A stretch of DNA of 64,000 nucleotides from Octopus vulgaris. Its lineage: Eukaryota. Position numbers and translations under genes: made by a program. How positions within the stretch are numbered: position 1 is the stretch's first letter; every line of letters starts with the position of its first letter. The notes below the pieces were generated by a model. It was not told where the DNA came from. It did not search any database and was given only the letters and a program-made list of their open reading frames with translations. This document shows, piece after piece, positions 56,930 through 64,000 of the stretch. The stretch is taken from contig OX597830.1 of assembly GCA_951406725.2 (NCBI GenBank), forward strand, positions 28,954,001-29,018,000. Reading direction: 5' to 3'.

Positions 56930-57197
56930 GGCTATAAAACGTCGAATTACCAAATAGTGCGGCTCTGCTGGTGGTCATTGAATCAATAATGATAAAAACA
57001 GCTATAGGATAAGAAAATAAAAATAGAAGACACTCGCTACTGTTAGGTACAAACAACAAAGGGCGAGTCAAAGAAGCCCTCAGAGCCAGGGTTATCTTGA
57101 TTATCAAGGACAAGTGCCCTCTTTCATCCGGGTCCCCATTTAACTGACGCAAACTGAGAGTAGGTACATTCCAGGAGACCATGCTCATAGCTCTCAC
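56930..57197 (-). mobile_element. Possible very old LINE AP-endonuclease fragment
   Basis: MSMVSWNVPTLS resembles the APE N-terminal WNV motif; later NSSECLL...STFY is a weak resemblance only. Confidence 0.3.
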
Positions 57198-58759
57198 AAA
57201 TTTTCAGTAATTTCAAGGGCGACTGATGATTCCCTTTGCAATGTCATGTTCTTGAGTTCCACGTAAACATGTGAAAGATATGTAAAAGAAAGTGTTTGCT
57301 TTCATTGCTTTCGATTATATTCAAAATACGTTCATTTTCAAAATACCCGGACAAAAAACTGTGTGCTCTTCATTCCTTCCGGATACCAAAAGGTGATGGG
57401 GCAATCTTCAGGTTGATTTGTTGGTTAACTAGACAAGTTCTACATGCGACAAATATAGTTCAAGTTAAAGTCATATCACTAATGTTCAGATACACTGTTT
57501 AAACATTCTATCATCATAAATCTAGTAATTTTTGGAGCGGTGAAATACACCGAATACATGGACCCCAGGCTCAACTGTTACTTCTTTTATCAACTCCGAA
57601 TCGAGGAAACGCAACGTCGACCGCAGAAAAATTTGAGCAATAATTCGAGATTAAGAAAAGATGAAGAATAATGTTTTTAAATTTTGGAACAAGGTTAGCT
57701 ATTTTAGGGGTATTGAGGTTAATTGATTACATCCAACCTGTTATTTCCCTGATTCTGCACATTATCGACTCCGAAAAAATGGAAGGTAATGTAGACCAGG
57801 ATGTTATTTGAAATTGAAAAGTCAAGATCCAAAATAAAGCGGGTAAGAACCTTGTCAGACACTCTAGTTATTCTGCCAACTCAACAAGTCAAAAAGTTAC
57901 TCTCTGCAGTACACGAATTAAATAACATACGTGAAAAGGTTAAAAGGTAAAGTAAGGGTTTTTTGGTCATAGAAAAGATGTAGAAGATACAGGTAAATAA
58001 CGTTTTCCGTTAACAACAGATATATATGTATGGTCTAACAATAACTATAATTCTTAATATTCTTTGTTCTAGAAGGTGCCAGCGTCTGTAATTATGGATA
58101 TTTGTTATAGATATTAACCTATATCCGTTTTTATATGTAACGTGTAAATCTATGTACTGGTATATTTTTCTATCCAATTATGTCATCTACTGATGGGTTA
58201 AGAGAAACATTGGCAGCTGCTATAATATTTCTAATTCAACGGCTAGTTCAGTGAAATGTCTGTCTTCATATAGCAACAGCAGAGCATCACAGCCATTTGA
58301 TATTACTGTGTCAATAACTTGTACGCCAGTTTCAGATTTGTCCTAGAAAACGATGTCAAGTTTAATATGATTTACCTGATAGCATGTCTATGTGCAAAAC
58401 TATGTCATTTTATAAGACAGGCAGGTACATGAGTACCAGCATGTTCTATTTTTGAAGCAAGAGAAATTATGTTGCTTGGCGTATGCTAAACAGTTATTCC
58501 TACGGTATATTACCACGAAGTATTTTCGCAGACTAGTATAAGTGTACTTATACAAAGTTTGAATATTCAAAAATTACTCCTCATAGACAAAAGTTTCTCA
58601 GCTGATTCATAAGAATTTCATATTTTACTTCAAATATATCTAGTGGTGATGATGACCTCTTCCATTGTCAAGCAGGTCGTTGACACTCTCGCGTCATTTA
58701 ATACGCATGCGCGCACACACAAACACACTGAGGCACAGACACTCACACATAAAACATAT

Positions 58760-59350
58760 CGAGCTGGCAGAAACGTTAGCACGCCGGACGAAATGCTTGA
58801 CGGTAATTCGTCTGCCGCTACGTTCTGAGTTCAAATTCCACCGAGATGGACTTTGCCTTAAATCCTTTCGGGGTCGATTAAATAAGTACCAGAATCGCAC
58901 TGGAGTCGATGTAATCGACTTAAGCTGTTTGTCTGTCCTTGTTTGCCCCCTCTGTGTTTAGCCCCTTGTGGGTAGTAAAGAAATAGGTATTTCCTCTGCC
59001 GTTACGTTCTGAGTTCAAATTCCGCCGAGGTCGTCTTTGCCTTTCATCCTTTCGGGGTCGATTAAATAAGTACCAGTTACGCACTGGGGTCGATATAATC
59101 GACTTATTCCGTTTGTCTGTTCTTGTTTGTCCTCTCTGTGTTTAGACCCTTGCAGGTAGTAAAGAAATAGGTATTCCATCTGTCTTTATGTTCTGAGTTC
59201 AAATCCCGTCGAGGTCGACTTTACCTTTCATCCTTTCGGGGTCGATAAATTAAGTACCAGTTACGCACTGGGGTCGATGTAATCAACTTAATCTCTTTTT
59301 CCTTGTTTGTTCCCTCTATGTTGAGCTCCTTATGGGCAATAAAGAAATAA
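58760..59350 (+). mobile_element. SINE family B tandem trimer
   Basis: Near-full unit, then two headless units starting gtatt at 58987 and 59171 (184-bp period), each joined via aaagaaatag|gtatt. Confidence 0.9.
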
Positions 59351-59741
59351 GATACGTTCACATGTACAGGTGCATTCTCACATATCTGTTTATGTATATG
59401 TGTGTGTATGTGTGTGTGTGTGTGTGTGTGTACGTGATTAAGCACATAAATGTAAAAAAAAAAGTGGTGGCAAAAACAGTACATGAATACCGGAGGTAGA
59501 GTAATGTGCGGTATTATTAAAGCTCCAAAATCATCACAAAATATCACAAAAACAAAATTGCAAATCAAAGTTTCACGCTCCCGTTCGTCGGGCACTTGTG
59601 ATCCAGAATGGAATTAAGACTGTGATTGTACATATAATGCATATTTTGATATGATTCGCAAAGATCGTTAGTGAAATCAACCAATCAAATTCAAATGTAT
59701 ATCTGGCAACATCAGTAATAATAATAATAATGATGATGATG

Positions 59742-59799
<58 letters not shown>

Positions 59800-59883
59800 T
59801 AATATTAATAATAATAATAATAATGATAATAATAATGATAATATTAATAATGTATTATATAATAATATATTAATAATAATAAT

Positions 59884-59914
<31 letters not shown>

Positions 59915-59916
<2 letters not shown>

Positions 59917-60153
59917 CGAAGGGCTTCTTTCAGTTTCTGTCTACCAAATCCACTCACAAGGCTTTGGTCGGCTCTAGGCTATAGTACAAGACACTTGCCC
60001 AAGATACTATAAGTAAATAGCTTGCTTACCAGCAACATGGTTCCGGGTTCAGTCCCACTGCGTAGTATCTTGGGCAAGTGTCTTGTACTATAGCCTAGAG
60101 CCGACCAAAGCCTTGTGAGTGGATTTGGTAGACAGAAACTGAAAAAGCCCGTC

Positions 60154-60156
<3 letters not shown>
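59915..60156. repeat. Inverted duplication of SINE A 5' half (about 95-bp arms, 53-nt spacer)
   Basis: 59915-60009 versus 60063-60156, one mismatch plus one indel near the outer end. Confidence 0.92.
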
Positions 60157-60195
<39 letters not shown>

Positions 60196-60273
60196 ATAAA
60201 TATTAGGGAATAAATCCAAATTTACAGGGAAAAAATCAGATTTAGGATTAAATCCAATTTTATAGTAAAATAT

Positions 60274-60597
60274 TATATAATATTATTAGAGACAAAACCA
60301 CTATTTTGCAAAACAAACAAGGAAAGACTTAATCAATACATAAAATTTTAATAAAAAGTCAAAAAAACCGCCACTACAATTGTTTCTTGTCCTGATCGAC
60401 AATCTTCAGGTGGACTTCCAATTTTCAAGTCAGTTTCAAAAATTTGAAACTGACTTGAAAATTGGAAGTCCACCTGAAGATTGTCGATCAGGACAAGAAA
60501 CAATTGTAGTGGCGGTTTTTTTTACTTTTTATTAAAATTTTATGTATTGATTAAGTCTTTCCTTGTTTGTTTTGCAAAATAGTGGTTTTGTCTCTAA

Positions 60598-60609
<12 letters not shown>
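60274..60609. repeat. 336-bp near-perfect palindrome (167-bp arms, 2-nt loop)
   Basis: Arms 60274-60440 and 60443-60609; one mismatch seen (60360 C / 60523 T). Confidence 0.95.
60470..60512 (+). ncRNA. Minimal type I hammerhead ribozyme motif, intact core (mirror copy at 60371-60413 on the minus strand)
   Basis: ccac-CTGAAGA-ttgtc.gatcag.gacaa-GAAA-caattg-TA-gtgg: all core nucleotides present, 4-bp helix I, 5-bp helix II, palindromic helix III (ACAATTGT). Predicted cleavage after GUA at 60508. Confidence 0.85.
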
Positions 60610-60658
<49 letters not shown>

Positions 60659-60893
60659 ATGTGTATATGTTCGTGTGTCGGTGTTTGTCCCCCCCTACTT
60701 TTGCTCAACAACCGATGCTGGAGTTTTGCGTCCCCGTAACTTAGCAGTTCAGCAAAAGAGCCTGATAGAATAAGTACTAAACTTACAAAGAATAAGTCCT
60801 GGGATCGATTTGCTCGACTAAAAAGCATTGCTCCAGCATGGCCACAGTCAAATAATTGAAACAAGTAACTGAGTATTTATTATTATTATTATT

Positions 60894-61439
<546 letters not shown>

Positions 61440-61754
61440 TTAAAAGGAATGACGTAACTCTTCTCAATGGTAAACTGAGAAGACGAAAAGCGCGATGCAA
61501 TTGTAAAAGATATTTTATTGGTTAAACGATATTTCGACTTCAAGCTTTTCTTTGTCGAGGTCATAATATGAAGTGATAACAATTCTAAATTATAGAAATT
61601 TAAATTTAAATTATGGAAGAGAGTAACCAGCGTCCACACATTGATAGAATAACATCATCAGCTTTGAAATTTCGATATTATAACAGACGAAAAGAAAAAG
61701 ACAGATGAACAAAGCAGAAAAAAGAGGAGAGAAAAAAGAGAAAAAGAAGAATAA

Positions 61755-62330
61755 TTAATGAAATAATTTTGTACAAATTTGATGATTTTCTCCTCTCATT
61801 TTATTAATTCCTTCAGGGCGTGATATTAATAACAAGCAAACATATTTCTCCTCATGCATTTTGAGTGAAAGCAAAGCAGATTCGGAATATTTTTTGAGAA
61901 TAAGCACCTTCAAGTATTTTTCAAAATTGCAGATGTTTGAATCAAAATGTTCGGCCACTTCTGACGAAAAACTCTTATTGTGCCTGACGTCATATCTGGG
62001 CTCATTAAGTCTTATGTTTAATTGTTCTGTTGTTATACAACTAACATAAATCAAGTTGTGTTTTATGCATTCTGCCGCGTACACCGAACGGGAATCTCCA
62101 CATGTCCTGTCTTCTGTATAAAGCATAACATTTCCGTTATGTTTCCTGATGGAATTCACTCGATTCCTGATGATGCACAATGAACTGGGCTTATCTCTCC
62201 TGTGGCTGCTTTGCAAGGTACAGCGTGCAGATACTGCATGTTCATTTTCTTGGAGTCAGGAATACAGGTTAATAATTCTCTTATGTTCTTATTCCGTCTA
62301 AAGGCTACAATAGGCGGCTGATATTTCCTA
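61755..62330 (-). mobile_element. Penelope-like element, RT-EN linker and GIY-YIG endonuclease remnant
   Basis: PPIVAFRRNKNIRELL (ORF 62156-62377), then TCGDSRSVYAAECIKHNLIYVS...LNIRLNEPRYD...VAEHF...LKVLILK...HEEKYVCLL...PEGIN. Confidence 0.85.
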
Positions 62331-63180
62331 CACATATACATACATACACACATACATTTACTCATACAGACATGCATAGATATTGCTAATTATCGAACGA
62401 AGCTTATTCAAATGGCACGAGAATCTAATGATCTATTTCACACACACACAGACACACACATACACACACACACACAGACACACATACACACACACGCACA
62501 CACACATACACATACTAATAATAAATGATATTGCATGTTGATACTCTTGTAATTGGTAAAGAAATCACTGGATAGTTTCATAGATCTATTTGTAAACCTC
62601 GCGTAAATTGGCGGCAACATTCCATGTTATTCTCATTAGATTTCAAAACCTCTCGTGCTCTAAAGAGTTTTCAAAGAAATATTATTTATATTTTCATTTC
62701 AAAATCATTCAAAAAAAAAAAAAAAAATCAAAGGTTTTATAAGAACTGGAATTGTCTTAGGGCAAAATCTTGAAGCAAAGAATTTAAATACATTTTTGTG
62801 AGGAAACAAATACCAGAGGCAGAGCTTAACTATTATGCTTTTTTTAATTTTTTATATAGTTTCACTAATTAGTCATTTGTATCCTGGAAGTTTTTCTCCT
62901 GTTTATTGCATTTCGAAATAAAGTGCAGAGTACCAGAGAGTATATATATATATATGTGCACGCGTATGCATGTGAGTGTTTGTTAGACTGTGAGAGTGTG
63001 AGAGTGTCTATGTGTGTGTATGCTAATGAATGCGAGAGAGGATTAAAAAGTGGTAATGCAAGAAATTGAATGACTTTTCTTTTTCTTTTTTTTTTTTGTT
63101 AATCAGAGATTTTAGGTACAACAGTGTTGTTGAAAAGAACGAATGAATTTCAATGCCTAGTAGGTTAATAGCAGATAAAT

Positions 63181-63215
<35 letters not shown>

Positions 63216-63243
63216 AATATATATAGATAGATAGATGGATAGG

Positions 63244-63307
<64 letters not shown>

Positions 63308-63433
63308 AAGATAATTAGTATACATAGTATACAATACTATACATATGCTTTCATATAAATTTCTATTCACCTGTACTAGTATAATCAAGTATATATCTAT
63401 ATGTATGAGTGCTTGCGTGAATTTGTATACATG

Positions 63434-63497
<64 letters not shown>

Positions 63498-64000
63498 AGA
63501 AAGACTTTGGGAGTAACTTCATAGCCCTTGTAAAAAATTAGTATGTCACTACGAATGACCATTAGGCGATCGTTTTGTTAGATTTATTTGTACATAAATT
63601 CACATAGAAACAGCGTATGTGTTAGTGTGTGGCTGTGAGTGTGTTTGTATGTATTTATACAGTGAGTTACAATCAAATAATGACTCGCATTACATAACGT
63701 TGGTTATTTTCCATCACGTATCAAACAAGAATGTTATTTTGAAAGAGCATTATTGGTACTGTGGATGTAACCGCTATTAAATTTAGAAATGTAGAATGTT
63801 TAATCATGGCGGAATTCAAATTTTACCAGCTGTGCGCTTGGCGAAAGAAGGTACAAAAGTATCACCTTCTTAACTCGTAATTTATAGAAAAGGAATTCTT
63901 TGTATTATTAACGGAACTGGTAAACATAGTAAATCAGTATATTAGCGGTCCCTTTATTCGATTTTATGCCGCCAGTCAACTGTCATACACGAGATCTATG

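Larger units (their letters stand above)
60010..60870 (+). mobile_element. SINE family A interrupted within its internal (TA)n tract
   Basis: 5' half at 60010-60156 and 3' half at about 60670-60870 (gtttgtccccc...ctccagcatggccacagtcaaataattgaaacaagtaa). Confidence 0.85.

Noticed and set aside
58760-59350. Regularly spaced repeats suggestive of a CRISPR array
   Set aside because: These are whole 184-bp SINE units without unique spacers, with no cas genes, in a eukaryotic context.

Overview
AT-rich, eukaryotic, repeat-saturated 64 kb window with no confidently identifiable host gene. The mix of (TA)n/(TACA)n/(GATA)n/(AAT)n microsatellites and tRNA-derived SINE families resembles an octopus genome, which is an inference from recalled repeat families, not a search. 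Nearly all ORFs in the supplied track are microsatellite translations. The recognisable content is decayed mobile DNA: several tRNA-SINE families; one full-length and several partial mariners; CR1/L2-like LINE 3' ends; R4/Dong-like RT and RLE fragments embedded in (TAA)n tracts; two Penelope-like GIY-YIG remnants; and Helitron-like non-autonomous elements. The most interesting signal is a set of minimal type I hammerhead-ribozyme motifs with covarying helix I, mostly in short (TA)n-flanked elements. One has an intact core and sits in a near-perfect 336-bp palindrome (60274-60609), so it is encoded on both strands. Three further fold-back duplications abut (TA)n tracts, and a SINE and a LINE share a compensated 3' stem-loop. 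Coordinates of decayed elements are approximate.
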